From: an uncultured virus (IMG/VR IMGVR_UViG_3300037067_016734)
Lineage: Duplodnaviria; Heunggongvirae; Uroviricota; Caudoviricetes
Virus record (IMG/VR): IMGVR_UViG_3300037067_016734
DNA: 64,000 nucleotides
Reading direction: 5' to 3' (one strand)
The stretch's first letter is position 1. The number at the start of each line of letters is the position of its first letter. Under the pieces are notes generated by a model. It was not told the DNA's origin, searched no databases, and saw only the letters and a list, made by a program, of their open reading frames with translations. The position numbers and the translations under genes were made by a program. Positions 10,298 through 21,642 of this stretch are shown piece after piece.

Positions 10298-10490
10298 CGA
10301 TATGCTCTATAAGATCCATACATCCGATTTTAAAAAAATCATAATCATGATATAAGTCCCATTTCAAACTTATACTTTCGGTAGAAAAAGTCCAAAGATC
10401 CATATAATATTCTGTCTTTTCTTTTTTAATACATTGTATTTTTTTGCCAGTAAAAGATTCGAAAAGATTCGACATGTTTGTTTCTGTCAT
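10275..10490 (-). CDS. MTxLNxxNL-family small protein (variant)
   Basis: MTETNMSNLFESF. Confidence 0.65.
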   Translation of the reverse strand: MTETNMSNLFESFTGKKIQCIKKEKTEYYMDLWTFSTESISLKWDLYHDYDFFKIGCMDLIEHIDEVLFPL

Positions 10491-10753
10491 AAAAAATCCT
10501 CTCTGCTGCTTAATCTTGATCTTCTAGGTTAATCCAAGTACAAGAACCACCAAAACTATAACCTTTTTCGGTCAAAAAGTCAAGGAATTCACAAAAAAGC
10601 TCGTCCATTTCTTCTTTTGTCATATCATGACCATCATTTCGGTCAATCGTTCCTATAAGACGAGAACCCATATAAACATCCCTGATTTCTTCAAATTCTT
10701 CTTTTATTTTGATACCCTTAAGGGGTTTTTCTGATAAATATTCTTTAGACATA

Positions 10754-11266
10754 TTAAGAAAAATCATGCTCCAATCTTTCAGTCTTCATTAAACTCTGTG
10801 CAATAGAGGCTGCTTTAGATGTAATATAGAAAAGATTTCTTAGGAAGTTTTTTACGGCTTTCATGTCGGCTGTATCCGCCTCCATCTTGTCTTTAGCCTT
10901 TTCTGCGCTTCCTCTGGCGGCTTGAGTATTGGGCCACATCTGATATTGGTGCTTTGAAAACTCACCACTAAACATAACGTATAGGGTTTGAATAGAATGC
11001 ATGTGAGAAATGATCCGTCTAGCCTTATCTTCTGCTGATCCAGGATTTAAAGCCTGCATGTCGTCAAGATCCTTAATAATGGCCTTAACAACCTCTGGAA
11101 CCTCATATCCAATTTGTTTAAAAAGATATTCTGCTCCTTTTAATGAAACCGTAGAGGAATCCCCTTTCGCTATCTCTCCAAACATTTCCTTAAAACAATC
11201 TGGATCAATATTAAATTCTCCGGACTCTATCTCATCATGAACTTCATTATCTGAGATTGCTTCCAT
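10754..11266 (-). CDS. Helical hypothetical protein
   Basis: 170-aa ORF with GGAG RBS. Confidence 0.6.
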   Translation of the reverse strand: MEAISDNEVHDEIESGEFNIDPDCFKEMFGEIAKGDSSTVSLKGAEYLFKQIGYEVPEVVKAIIKDLDDMQALNPGSAEDKARRIISHMHSIQTLYVMFSGEFSKHQYQMWPNTQAARGSAEKAKDKMEADTADMKAVKNFLRNLFYITSKAASIAQSLMKTERLEHDFS

Positions 11267-11826
11267 TTAAGCTCCACCAACACTATATGTTATATCGTCA
11301 TCGTCAAGATCATAATCATCTATGTCTTCATAATCTAAACTATCATCATAATCGTCTAAATTAAGACCTTTTACATTGTCAGTCTTGCAACTACATTGAT
11401 GTTTATTGTGACGTTCTAATCTCCTTATTCTTTTAGATAAGTCACAAAGATCATCAGCTAACATATCATTATCCCCGTATAACTGATCCAGTTCATCCAT
11501 GATCTTATTATACAGTTTTTGAAAACTGCATTTATCCATCTTACGAATAAATTTCCAAATTTTCTTAATTTTCATCCTCAACCTCATTTGCTTTATCTCT
11601 TATAGCCCTAAAATTATCGCATAAAAGATCCATCGTCTCTATCTCTTGATCACTTAAGGGACTCTTACAGAAACGATACCATGTGAGATAGAGGCATTGA
11701 GCTACGTAGTCGCCCCTAAGCGCACCTTCAATGGTGCTTTTAACAAGCTGTAAGGGTGGAATTTCGATATTATCCTCCCTTGTCCACCCTACAGCCTTCG
11801 AAACCGTACTAAACATACTTAAATCC

Positions 11827-12288
11827 TTAATCTTTATATTTATAGTAATTTCTTAAAGCTCTTTTTCTTGTATTTTTCCAGGGATACAAAGCCTGATACA
11901 ATGATTTACCCTTTTTCATAGATGTACTAATCATTACACAGGCATAAATCACAAAATGTTTTTGGTTTCCCCAAACTAAACCTGCATCTTTTAAAGCTTT
12001 CTTGTGCCAACGTGGATTAATTTGAGGAAATCCTTCTTCTCCTACCGATCCAATAGAGAACATATCAAACGTTGTTTCTTGTTCCGCTAAGAAAAACATT
12101 AATAATTCCATATCTAAATCTTTTGTATTATATTCCTTAGCAACAGAAAGAACATCCAAGACTCTATCTGAATCTACGTGAGAGTTAACATTTTCAATGT
12201 ACGATTGCTTGTCAAACGCTTGAACGGGGGCGGCAAGCAAGAACCCCAATAACATAGGTACAAACAAAACACAATACTTCATTTTCAA
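11827..12288 (-). CDS. Lytic transglycosylase (SLT)-like protein with signal peptide
   Basis: Hydrophobic N-terminus ending AxA; EQETTF..GEEGFPQIN resembles ES..GxMQ. Confidence 0.55.
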   Translation of the reverse strand: MKMKYCVLFVPMLLGFLLAAPVQAFDKQSYIENVNSHVDSDRVLDVLSVAKEYNTKDLDMELLMFFLAEQETTFDMFSIGSVGEEGFPQINPRWHKKALKDAGLVWGNQKHFVIYACVMISTSMKKGKSLYQALYPWKNTRKRALRNYYKYKD

Positions 12289-12331
12289 CGTCCTTTGGTG
12301 AACTAAGCCTCGAAGAATTGAGACTTAATAC

Positions 12332-12360
12332 ATTATACCGCATTTCGTTGAAAAAGTCAA
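12332..12360 (-). promoter_or_regulatory. Sigma70-type promoter
   Basis: TTGACT-N17-TATAAT. Confidence 0.8.
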
Positions 12361-12363
12361 AGT

Positions 12364-12585
12364 TTACCATTTCCCTTCAAGGTACGCGATAACATCTTGT
12401 TGCATTATAGAGTCTCTACTGTGATGTAAGCTATATTGCCAAAAATTTCTCCTCTTATTATGACTTCCTTCATCTAGAATTGGATTAAAGTGAAATTCTA
12501 AATCACTATGATTTTTGGAAGGTTTAATAGTAATCTTCCTCTGTAACATAGATTCAAGCAAATTAGATATATTTAATGCCGTCAT
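12364..12585 (-). CDS. MTxLNxxNL-family small protein (tandem copy 3)
   Basis: MTALNISNLLESML. Confidence 0.75.
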   Translation of the reverse strand: MTALNISNLLESMLQRKITIKPSKNHSDLEFHFNPILDEGSHNKRRNFWQYSLHHSRDSIMQQDVIAYLEGKW

Positions 12586-12586
12586 A

Positions 12587-12808
12587 TTAATTCTCAAGAT
12601 ATATGTTGATGTCATTTATTACGAGACTTGGAACATCCTCACAATCATCTAAATAATATATCCAGTGTGTTGTTCTCATTTTATGGCCTAATTCTAAATT
12701 CGGATTAAAAGAAAAGATTCTTTTGTCTTTATTATAATCATCGATAGTAATAGCGACTTTGACCTGTAAGCAAGCCTCAAGAAGGTTAGCTATGTTTAAT
12801 GCCGTCAT
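12587..12808 (-). CDS. MTxLNxxNL-family small protein (tandem copy 2)
   Basis: MTALNIANLLEACL. Confidence 0.75.
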   Translation of the reverse strand: MTALNIANLLEACLQVKVAITIDDYNKDKRIFSFNPNLELGHKMRTTHWIYYLDDCEDVPSLVINDINIYLEN

Positions 12809-12809
12809 G

Positions 12810-13013
12810 TTATCCCTGATCATCAAGATATTTTTGAATATCCATCATTACATGTTCTAAAACATTACTTGAACTTAATCTATAGACCCAAGATGATGTC
12901 TGCATTCGACCCGGACGTAAATATGGATCAAAAGAAAAGACTCCATTATCTTTAATAGTAACTTTAACTTGTAAAAAACACTCAAGAAGATTGGCTATGT
13001 TTAATGCTGTCAT
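12810..13013 (-). CDS. MTxLNxxNL-family small protein (tandem copy 1)
   Basis: MTALNIANLLECFL. Confidence 0.75.
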   Translation of the reverse strand: MTALNIANLLECFLQVKVTIKDNGVFSFDPYLRPGRMQTSSWVYRLSSSNVLEHVMMDIQKYLDDQG

Positions 13014-14024
13014 CTTTTTTGTATTTCAACCTCTCCGGCGTTACAAACCAAAACAATGACCATAGTTCCCATTTTTTAGTATTATGATTATAACAAATAT
13101 CCAATAGTGCCCTACTACATTCATCGTAATCAAAATAATCCCATTCTAATATAGATAGAGAGGCAAAAATCCCCCCTCTACTCTGATAAAACGTGAAAAG
13201 TGGACTGGTACAAAATTCACCAAAATTAAGTCTTAGGCAAATATGACAATTATCTTTCCAGATCCATCCTTGTAATCTCCATTTTAACCACCACTTCTCT
13301 TGCGCCTTAAAACTCATATTAAGCCCTGCTTTTTAGCCTCCACAAACTCCTCAAGCGCCCTAAAATAGAGGTCAGGATTCAGTCTACAATCTTCAATAAA
13401 CAGAACAAGTTCATAAAACTCGTTATCATTAGCTTCGACCTGAACTCCGTTGATATCAAGCATATTATAATTACCAATATCTCTTACTTGAGACAATTGG
13501 CTTAAAACTTTAAGATCTATTGTTAATTCTTTGTTATCCATCTTTGGCTGGTCCCTTTAAAGCCTTTTCTATTTCAGAACATTTTTGTAATTCTTTTTCG
13601 AGTTGTTTTTTTCTAGATTCTAACTCTTTTATGGCGTGTTTATTTTTCCTTTCTGCTTCTTTGCGTTTCTGAATAGCTCTCTTTTCTTTTTCAGCCTCTA
13701 TCTTTTCTTGATTCTTTGTATACCAATCTTCATATTGTTTATTTAAGATCTCATATTCTGCTTTTTGTTGTAAATATAATTTCTTTCTGTATTCATATTC
13801 GAGGTCTGTTTCCTCTTCTGCATATTTAAGATACAGACTAGAATTGCACCCCCAACAATCATCTTTTTCTAATATGGCGTCAGTGATATTTAAATCTTCT
13901 ATAAGTTTCAATAGTCCCTGAATAGTTAAAGGAGTATCTATATCTAGAACTCTTTGTATCATCATTTTTGATTCATTAAAGGTTGGTTTAAGTGGTTTCA
14001 TTTTTAATTGCATCTTTATTTCCT

Positions 14025-14231
14025 TTAAGTATATCCTTGAATATATCCCTGATAATATTGGAATTCCACCAAATACAAATTTCGTATTTCTATTCCATTA
14101 AATGTTTGACCATTACTCGCTGTATATTCAAGATCAAACATAAAATGACAACTACCATCACACTGTTTGTGAATAGTAATTCTGCGATTAAAAACCGCTT
14201 GACACAGATTACTCATATTTAAGGGGGTCAT
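14025..14231 (-). CDS. MTxLNxxNL-family small protein
   Basis: MTPLNMSNLCQAVF. Confidence 0.7.
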   Translation of the reverse strand: MTPLNMSNLCQAVFNRRITIHKQCDGSCHFMFDLEYTASNGQTFNGIEIRNLYLVEFQYYQGYIQGYT

Positions 14232-14570
14232 TCTTTTAGGATTACTTGAAAACTATTGATTAAATCACTATTAAGATAGAGGATAACGACACCAGAGGGG
14301 TTCACTACAGCATATTCGTATCCCATTGCCATACCTGTATCAGGCGCTACTGTTCCAGTTAGATAGAAGTAATAGTCGTTCTTGTCCTCTACCTTGTGGG
14401 TTGTGGCGACTTGTAAAAGCTGCTCGTTAAACTCAATCAATTCTCGTAAAAAGTTTCCTCTCATGACGAACTTGCAACGGAAAGCCAAGCCGTTCGGGGG
14501 ATTCATCATTTCTTCTTCTTTTCCAAAAAGAATCATTCCGTCGATGGATTCAACTCTAATTACTTTCATA

Positions 14571-14978
14571 TTATAATATCCTCTCGTTAATTTGTTTGAT
14601 AAGTATATCAGTTCCAATTACTTCTTCGTTCTTGATAAATTTCATATCAATTGTTCCATCTGGATTCCTGGTAAAGGTAACACCATACACAACACCAGAT
14701 CCAATCGAAGAAGTATCTGTGATAATACCTCCAAAATTGTCCAGACTACCTGCATTGAGGTTTTCTACAGAGACACCATAAAAATATGGAGGACACGTGA
14801 CCTTCCCGCTGAAGTATGCCTTGGTATATCCAGGGTTTCCATACATATAAAGATGCTCAATGTATAAACTATCCCTCTCTCCAACATAAAATGTATCTTC
14901 ATTAGAATCTATTGGTTTATAAACGTTACCACAAGACACTAATAAGAATATAACAAACAGTATAATTAAATATCTCAT
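14571..14978 (-). CDS. Putative lipoprotein
   Basis: Hydrophobic signal followed by lipobox LVSC. Confidence 0.6.
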   Translation of the reverse strand: MRYLIILFVIFLLVSCGNVYKPIDSNEDTFYVGERDSLYIEHLYMYGNPGYTKAYFSGKVTCPPYFYGVSVENLNAGSLDNFGGIITDTSSIGSGVVYGVTFTRNPDGTIDMKFIKNEEVIGTDILIKQINERIL

Positions 14979-15568
14979 TTTATAACAACCTTCTTTTCAT
15001 TTTTTTTCTTTCCGTTTATTTGTGGTACTACAGACAGAGAAAGCCTTAAGTCAAAGGGATCACCATTATGTAAGATTAATATTGACGATGGTATCACATA
15101 TTCTATAAAACTTTCTATAGAGGTTGAATCTCGAAGGAGATATTTTAATAAATCCTCTTCTGTATCGAATATATATTTTAAACCATCACCATCAAGTTCA
15201 TCCATAATATCATAAATCTCATCTGGATGAATTAGGATAAATTTTGTTAAATCTGGTGACTTAATATTACCTATTTCACTTCCATGTAAGACGAAATCAA
15301 TTATATATCTTAAATCAAAATCGTAATCTACCTTTGATACAATTTTATGTTCTTTGATAAACTTCTTAACATCAACCATTCTAGCGTTGTATTTTACTTG
15401 TTCTTCTTTCTTTTGTCTTTCTGTTTCTCTTGCTTGTTCTGCTTGGAGTTTAGTCTGTTCTTCATATTCTTTGCGGTCTTGTATAGCTTGTCGTCCTATT
15501 TTTAGTGCATCGATATCTTCTGGATTGTTGGGATCAAAAGATAGAGGTTGTGTTTTTATTTTTGTCAT
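14975..15568 (-). CDS. Hypothetical protein
   Basis: 197-aa ORF with GGAG RBS. Confidence 0.6.
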   Translation of the reverse strand: MTKIKTQPLSFDPNNPEDIDALKIGRQAIQDRKEYEEQTKLQAEQARETERQKKEEQVKYNARMVDVKKFIKEHKIVSKVDYDFDLRYIIDFVLHGSEIGNIKSPDLTKFILIHPDEIYDIMDELDGDGLKYIFDTEEDLLKYLLRDSTSIESFIEYVIPSSILILHNGDPFDLRLSLSVVPQINGKKKNEKKVVIK

Positions 15569-17129
15569 TTTATTCTCCGTATTCTATAGTTATACGCCAA
15601 ATGTTAATGATTGGATATTGATAAACTTTATTCTTCATTAAAACACAGTAAAAACTTCCCTTTTCATAGGCGTTAGTCGGGTTTTTGTATACATGAGGAT
15701 CTTCTTCTGGATTCAAATGAACTGTTAAAATTATAATGGGTTTAACCATTTTAACACCCCCTAATCCCTATTCTACTAACCTCTATTCTATTAACGCATC
15801 TAGGACATGCATCACTGGTTCTCACGGTTGGTCCATAAAATCCAGCATCACATATAGGGCAAATAATCTTTTCGGTTGTTGCTGGAACTGGTGGATGTCC
15901 TTGATTAAATTCTCTTACTAACTGCATTACTTTTTCTAACACAGGAACCACATATCTCTCTGAAACCTCTGTAGTTATTGTGATTCCGGGACGCAATAGA
16001 GGAGCCTCTATCTTTATCTTATATTTGTTGTTCATTTATAAATCCTCGATTAATTTTGCTACACATGCCTTATCTTTCTCTATTGGATGAAGAGTAAGAC
16101 TAAGTTCCATCGTCCTTTCTTTTCCATGTTCTAACGTCCCCCCATTAACAATATAAACCAATCCATTTCTAATATCATCTATAATTCCATTATGAGGGTG
16201 AAATAAAACAATAAAACCATCTTTCACTGTTCCTAATTGTGCTGCATGATAACAATGGCTCCAAAATACCGGAAGTCCCTCAAAAGAAGAAAGTGGTTCA
16301 CCGAAAACATCACCAATTAGTTTAAACACCTACTTCTCCACGAACTTAATAAGTTCCTTTAAAATATATACCATTTCTTCTTGTGTTAATCCTCTAACAA
16401 AAGAAGAGTCATGTGAATGGTATTCTTCTCCTAATTGCCTTCTTGTAAAATTTATTCCAAAACTATTCTTTTTCGCTTCTTCTTTATATATTTCAATTTC
16501 CCATTCTCTATGATCAGCTTGATATGTAAACCTTTTAAAATCGGGACTAATTTCGGCTGCTTTAATCTTTTTCATGGTCTTCTTCCTACGATATCATTTA
16601 GAATCTTATCTACAATGTCCTTTATTTCCCCTTCTAAAGAATAATGACGGTTTACAATCGTTTTGTTGGCAGAATGTGTATAAGCGAGAGTGAACCAAAT
16701 TTGCTCTATCTTAATATCTGGATGATCTGTAAGAAGTTGAATATCATCATGTTTAGATAGAGCCTTGGTTATTTTGGCGTAAACAGATTCAGCCTTTTTG
16801 ATCAACTCTTCATTCGGTTTCTGTCCGTAATCAAGAGAACCGCTAAGTTTTATATCGGACGAAAATATCATTTTTGTGCCTTTTTAATTATAATATCTGC
16901 ATCATAAATGTCAAGTTCTACTGGATTGCTTTCTGCCGAAAATAACTCATTATATACAGTTAAAGTACCTTTCTCAATTAATAGATCTCTAAAAGCTTCT
17001 GACAAGCTTTCTTTTGTATCTTCTTTTTCTAAAGTATAAATTTTAGAAATATCGTCAATTCCACAACGTAGATTAATTTCTACACAATATTTTTTATCTT
17101 TTTTCATATAATCCTCTCAAACTAATATT

Positions 17130-17201
17130 CTACGGGTGAAGGGTTCGAACCCTCATTTTCGCAGTCAGAGTGCGCTTTCCTACCGATTAGAAGAACCCGC
17201 A
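17130..17201 (-). tRNA. tRNA-Gln(CTG), CCA not encoded
   Basis: Acceptor TGCGGGT/ACCCGTA with U1-A72 and G73; anticodon loop CT-CTG-AC; T-arm GAGGG-TTCGAAC-CCTTC. Confidence 0.92.
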
Positions 17202-17211
17202 TTATGTTTTA

Positions 17212-17240
17212 AGTATACCGTAAAGGCTTAAAAAAGTCAA
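17212..17240 (-). promoter_or_regulatory. Sigma70-type promoter of the tRNA
   Basis: TTGACT-N17-TATACT; same TTGACTTTTT...CGGTATA pattern as the promoter at 12332. Confidence 0.8.
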
Positions 17241-17464
17241 GGTTCTAGTAAGAGTTCAAGTATACCAAATGCATCCTTAAAATTATCTGGAAAATGTAAT
17301 CCGTCTTGCCAAGGATAGCCAAATTTTCCACAAATCGGATGTTTTACAACAATATTAAAAGTTCTTCCATCCATATTCATTCTAGTGAATTTATCTTTCC
17401 AGATTTTTGCATTTTTAATATCTAAAGATTCTAGTAAATTTTGCATATTTAATATAGTTAACAT
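17237..17464 (-). CDS. MTxLNxxNL-family small protein
   Basis: MLTILNMQNLLESL. Confidence 0.7.
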   Translation of the reverse strand: MLTILNMQNLLESLDIKNAKIWKDKFTRMNMDGRTFNIVVKHPICGKFGYPWQDGLHFPDNFKDAFGILELLLEP

Positions 17465-18059
17465 CTTACCTCCAAAATGATTCTGATTCGATTGGTAGCG
17501 GAATTTTTGGTCCTTCTAATTCAGACAAATAAACAAAATCTTTGTTTTTGAGTCCAAATATATCCTCGAATTTAATAGTGCAACATTCCTTTCCGCCAGA
17601 ATCTTTCCATCGTTCCAATATTTCAATATCTGTATCTGGATTACAATAAATTACATCATACATAACCTTATCTTTAAATCTTGTATATAAAAGCTTCCTT
17701 CTTTCTTCTGCTACTATTAAAAGATATTCAGCTTGCATATATGTAACATTATCATATATACTTCCTATCTGTTTTACCGGAACAACCTTCTTTAAAGGAG
17801 CAGGTCCGTATCCTGGATTTCCCATGCATTTTCCTAAATATTTCTGTTGTCTTTTATAGCTAAATAACTCCGGATCAGGTTTAGGGGATGTAGGACGAGG
17901 TAAATGAATTACTGCCATATTTTTCTTTTTTGATTATAAGTAATGTTTCTTTTAATAGATTTTTTAAATCATCACTTAGACTTTCATCTTGTAGTAGTTT
18001 ATTGATTTTACTATCTAATGTTTCATCTTCTTTTGACCAATTGAATCTTCTTGGTCCCA

Positions 18060-18662
18060 TTAACACCTTTCCCATCCACAAGCGGCACAATGTTTGCATC
18101 CATTCTCTGAAATCAAGGAATCTGATTTACAAATAGGACAGACTGAAACTGTTACATTTTTGATATACATAGATAGAATCTTCATAATATGAAATGTAAG
18201 ATGACTTACATTATGATCCACATTTTCTAATTCATCTACTATCTTTTCAACCGGAATCCCATGTCTAAGTGCCAAAGAAATAGTTCTACATAGTTTTGCT
18301 GAATTTGTTTGATGTTTTGATTTAAATCGTTGAGCTTCTAAAAAAATAGAGTCTACGTGTTGTGATACCAAACCCTCTATCTTTTCTAATGCATTTTTGA
18401 TGGTTGCAGAACTATCTCTAGCATTAGTATTCACAAACAATTCATACGGTTTTCCGTCTTTTTCTGTAACCGTAAAATACCACTTCTTTCCATCCGCTCT
18501 TCGTACATATGTATTACCAGAAAGTACTAACGGTCTTTTTTCTACTACTCGCGGCATCTTTAGAAGCCTTTCTGATACTTCTAAGATCTTAATTTCTTCC
18601 TCGTCTCCAACTAAAACGACGCTATCCGATATTACATCATCCGATGTTATAGGGTGAACCAT
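18060..18662 (-). CDS. nrdJb: Class II RNR C-terminal subunit (NrdJb/TSCPD-like, Zn ribbon)
   Basis: PYELFVN, RTISLALRHGIP, CPIC..GCKHCAACGWERC. Confidence 0.85.
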   Translation of the reverse strand: MVHPITSDDVISDSVVLVGDEEEIKILEVSERLLKMPRVVEKRPLVLSGNTYVRRADGKKWYFTVTEKDGKPYELFVNTNARDSSATIKNALEKIEGLVSQHVDSIFLEAQRFKSKHQTNSAKLCRTISLALRHGIPVEKIVDELENVDHNVSHLTFHIMKILSMYIKNVTVSVCPICKSDSLISENGCKHCAACGWERC

Positions 18663-21636
18663 TTCTTTCTATGTACTCCTGACTAAAGTTGAACTGAAAT
18701 TCTTTGTCTAGATCTTTTGGAGTTTTTCTAAACAGGAATATTCCTATTCTATTTGATTCCTGTTCGACATAGACAGTACACCCTTTTAGATTATGTCTCC
18801 ATGCTTCAACATAAAGTTCCTCAATATCAGAAATAGAGGTTGTCTCTCCGGAAAGATTATAGGTAACAGAAATAGAGGCATCAATCCATTCTTGAATTGC
18901 CCCCATTAATTCAATTTTCTTTCTCCAATCAATATTGTGGGCTGTTTTGACTGTTGAGGGATCTACGATGGAATCTACAAGCTCTATCTTTTCGATATCA
19001 GAAGATAGAGTCTCAGTATCGACTCCTGTTTTTTCTAAAACAATATCTCTAATAGCAGGATGAACAACCAACTGCCACATCCATTCATAAGGGTAGTTCT
19101 CGGGGACAACTCTTGTTCTTCTATAATACCACGTGTCTACAATCGGTTCTACGCCACTAGAGGACTGTAGAATCATTGATCCACTTCCAACCGGAGGAAG
19201 AGTGGTGCAACAGACGTTTCTCATTTGAAAATGAAAATCAGGCTTGTCTTTTAAATAACCACTATTATAAACATCTTTGCAAAAAGCCGGATATACTCCT
19301 TTTCTTTGAGATAAAAAGTGACTTTTCCAATATGCTCCCTCCGCCATTTTTTGTGTAATTTTTTCGGCAATTTCTCTTGCTTCGTCGCTATCATAATCCA
19401 CGTTCATTTTTAAAAAGAAATCAGCTAATCCTGTATAACCAACACCTACTCTTCTGAGTTGTTCTAGATCATGCTTTTGAACTGGTGTTGGACAACGATC
19501 ATCTCTTAATTGACATGTTACAATGTTATCGAGAAACCAAAGAACCTCCTTGGCTCTCTCTGAGACCTCACCGTAAGCTTTATCTAAATTATTTGAAAGA
19601 TTTGATAAATTGATATTAGCTAAAACACAAGAAGAACCATTAGATAGAACTTCTTCGCTACAATTGTGAACCCTACATACACCACCACAAATATAAGAAT
19701 TTGTTTCTTCTTCTGTTATACAATATACATCTTCTTTTCCGGCATACTCTACAGATACAATACGAAGTTTCTTATATCTATCTTGATAAATATTGTTTTC
19801 AGTCCATTTCTCCATTCTCTCTTGTTTAAATTTCACTAATGGTGTTATTATCTTCTTTGCATTACTATCGGAAGTTCTTACCTTCCAAACAGTTTGTCTT
19901 ATGCTTTTTTGACCATTGTTAATGTTACACCAATTTGGATTATTATGCTTACATAGTGTACCATATATTCCAAATTCGTGAAACATACGTAGTACATTTT
20001 CTAGCATTTTTCTATTGTAATTATATATTTCCAAAGACTTTAATTTGCTTTTACTTTCTTGATCTCTGACGGTTCCATCGCTCGAAACTAATCCCTGAAG
20101 AAATCCAATTTTAAATGATTTAGACCATTGATTAGGATCTATGTTCTTATTTTTAGAAACACCCCAGGATAATAATTTTTCACATGCCTCTTTCGAAGTA
20201 ATTCTTATTACAGTACAGGTATTTGGTTTTTGATGATGACTCTTGACTGAAATATTTGGATGCAAATGTTTTCTAATTAAATCAGATAATGTATCCAGAT
20301 AATCACTTTCATTATTTCCTATTGCAAAAGAGATAGTGCCATAATGATAAAACTTTTTTGTTTTTAATTCTTTTTTATAAACATAACTTCCATCTCCAAT
20401 AAACCAACCAGCGATAATGCCTCTTTCATATTCATTTTGATCTTCTATATTGCAATTGTGTACAGGTTTACAATACCAATCCTCTAATATATCTGTATTA
20501 TCGATATCCAAAAGTTCTTTTTGTTTATTATTTTTTAGGAAAAATATATGATTACCTGTAAATTTTTGGGTTAATCCATTGGAGAATGTAACTTCATATA
20601 CATCTGCCATTTTTTTTGTCAAAAACGGCCCCTTAACAATAGAGGGCTTATTTTTACCGTTAATTACGGTAAAAATATTATCTTCTGATACATTATTAAA
20701 TAAATATTCTATAGTTTGGTATCCATCCGGAGTTAAAATATGTGAATCTAATGTCTCGCAAGCATTAACCCCTATAACTGGATATCCAACCTGATCACTA
20801 TTAGACTGTTCTTGAGAATGACTCCAATAGAGAAGCCCTGGTTCACTATAATAATAAGCGTTTTTAGCGATTTTTTTCATCAAAGTTCTTGCTTTGATTG
20901 TTTTGGTAACAATAGGATTTTCAGGAGGCCATCTTAGTTCCCAATCTTCATCGTTTTCATATACCTGCATGAATTCATTAGAAACTTTAATAGAAATATT
21001 TGCATATTGAATTCGATTGAGGTCACTTTTGACTGTAATAAACTCTTCAATATCTGGGTGTCGATCATTAATACTGATCAAACCTGCCCCTCGACGCCCT
21101 TCTTGAGCAATTGTCCCCGTTGTCCAGCTAAAGAGGTCCATCCATGAAACCGCGCCGGTACTGGTTACAGCGGCATTGTGGGTTTTTGCTCCTCTCGGTC
21201 TCAAAGGATCAATGGATATTCCAACTCCCTCTCCTCTACTTTGAACTTTAGCCATCAAGAAAGCTGTTTCATATATTGCTTCTATAGAGTCAGGATCAAT
21301 CTCTTTTCCGTTTCTATCTATACCTAAAATAAAACTAGTACAGTTAATTAAAGAGATCTTTCCTTCCCTACCTGCACCATAGAAAATTCTCCCACCGGGA
21401 AGGAATTCTCTATTATACATCATCCAGAACCAATCTTCTGTTTTCTTGACTCTATCTTCTTCTTCAAGTTCGGCACTAGCAGCATAAGAAGCAACTCTAT
21501 AGAAGGCTTCTGCGGGAGTCTCTTTTGTCCCATCAGGCTTAACCATAGCATATTTTGAATTAAATATATATGCTATGTAAAGATCACCCTTAAAGTAATC
21601 AATAGTTGAAGTTGTTGGAATATCCATTGTTACCAT
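18637..21636 (-). CDS. nrdJa: Class II (B12-dependent) ribonucleotide reductase catalytic subunit with intein
   Basis: FLPGGRI, NC, QEGRRGA, spliced NACSE, RRVGVG, SSGVEP, ISVTYN. Confidence 0.92.
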   Translation of the reverse strand: MVTMDIPTTSTIDYFKGDLYIAYIFNSKYAMVKPDGTKETPAEAFYRVASYAASAELEEEDRVKKTEDWFWMMYNREFLPGGRIFYGAGREGKISLINCTSFILGIDRNGKEIDPDSIEAIYETAFLMAKVQSRGEGVGISIDPLRPRGAKTHNAAVTSTGAVSWMDLFSWTTGTIAQEGRRGAGLISINDRHPDIEEFITVKSDLNRIQYANISIKVSNEFMQVYENDEDWELRWPPENPIVTKTIKARTLMKKIAKNAYYYSEPGLLYWSHSQEQSNSDQVGYPVIGVNACETLDSHILTPDGYQTIEYLFNNVSEDNIFTVINGKNKPSIVKGPFLTKKMADVYEVTFSNGLTQKFTGNHIFFLKNNKQKELLDIDNTDILEDWYCKPVHNCNIEDQNEYERGIIAGWFIGDGSYVYKKELKTKKFYHYGTISFAIGNNESDYLDTLSDLIRKHLHPNISVKSHHQKPNTCTVIRITSKEACEKLLSWGVSKNKNIDPNQWSKSFKIGFLQGLVSSDGTVRDQESKSKLKSLEIYNYNRKMLENVLRMFHEFGIYGTLCKHNNPNWCNINNGQKSIRQTVWKVRTSDSNAKKIITPLVKFKQERMEKWTENNIYQDRYKKLRIVSVEYAGKEDVYCITEEETNSYICGGVCRVHNCSEEVLSNGSSCVLANINLSNLSNNLDKAYGEVSERAKEVLWFLDNIVTCQLRDDRCPTPVQKHDLEQLRRVGVGYTGLADFFLKMNVDYDSDEAREIAEKITQKMAEGAYWKSHFLSQRKGVYPAFCKDVYNSGYLKDKPDFHFQMRNVCCTTLPPVGSGSMILQSSSGVEPIVDTWYYRRTRVVPENYPYEWMWQLVVHPAIRDIVLEKTGVDTETLSSDIEKIELVDSIVDPSTVKTAHNIDWRKKIELMGAIQEWIDASISVTYNLSGETTSISDIEELYVEAWRHNLKGCTVYVEQESNRIGIFLFRKTPKDLDKEFQFNFSQEYIERNGSPYNIG
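19663..20760 (-). mobile_element. Intein with LAGLIDADG homing endonuclease (366 aa)
   Basis: Starts CETLDSHILT, ends VHN followed by Cys; blocks AGWFIGDGS and LQGLVSSDGT. Confidence 0.93.
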
Positions 21637-21642
21637 AATTAT

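Noticed and set aside
12364..13013. Diversity-generating retroelement TR/VR
   Set aside because: No reverse transcriptase in the window, and the differences include indels and are not adenine-specific.
17130..17201. Suppressor tRNA or stop-codon reassignment
   Set aside because: The anticodon is CTG, not CTA. Long conserved genes read intact in code 11 and TAG ends real genes such as recA.
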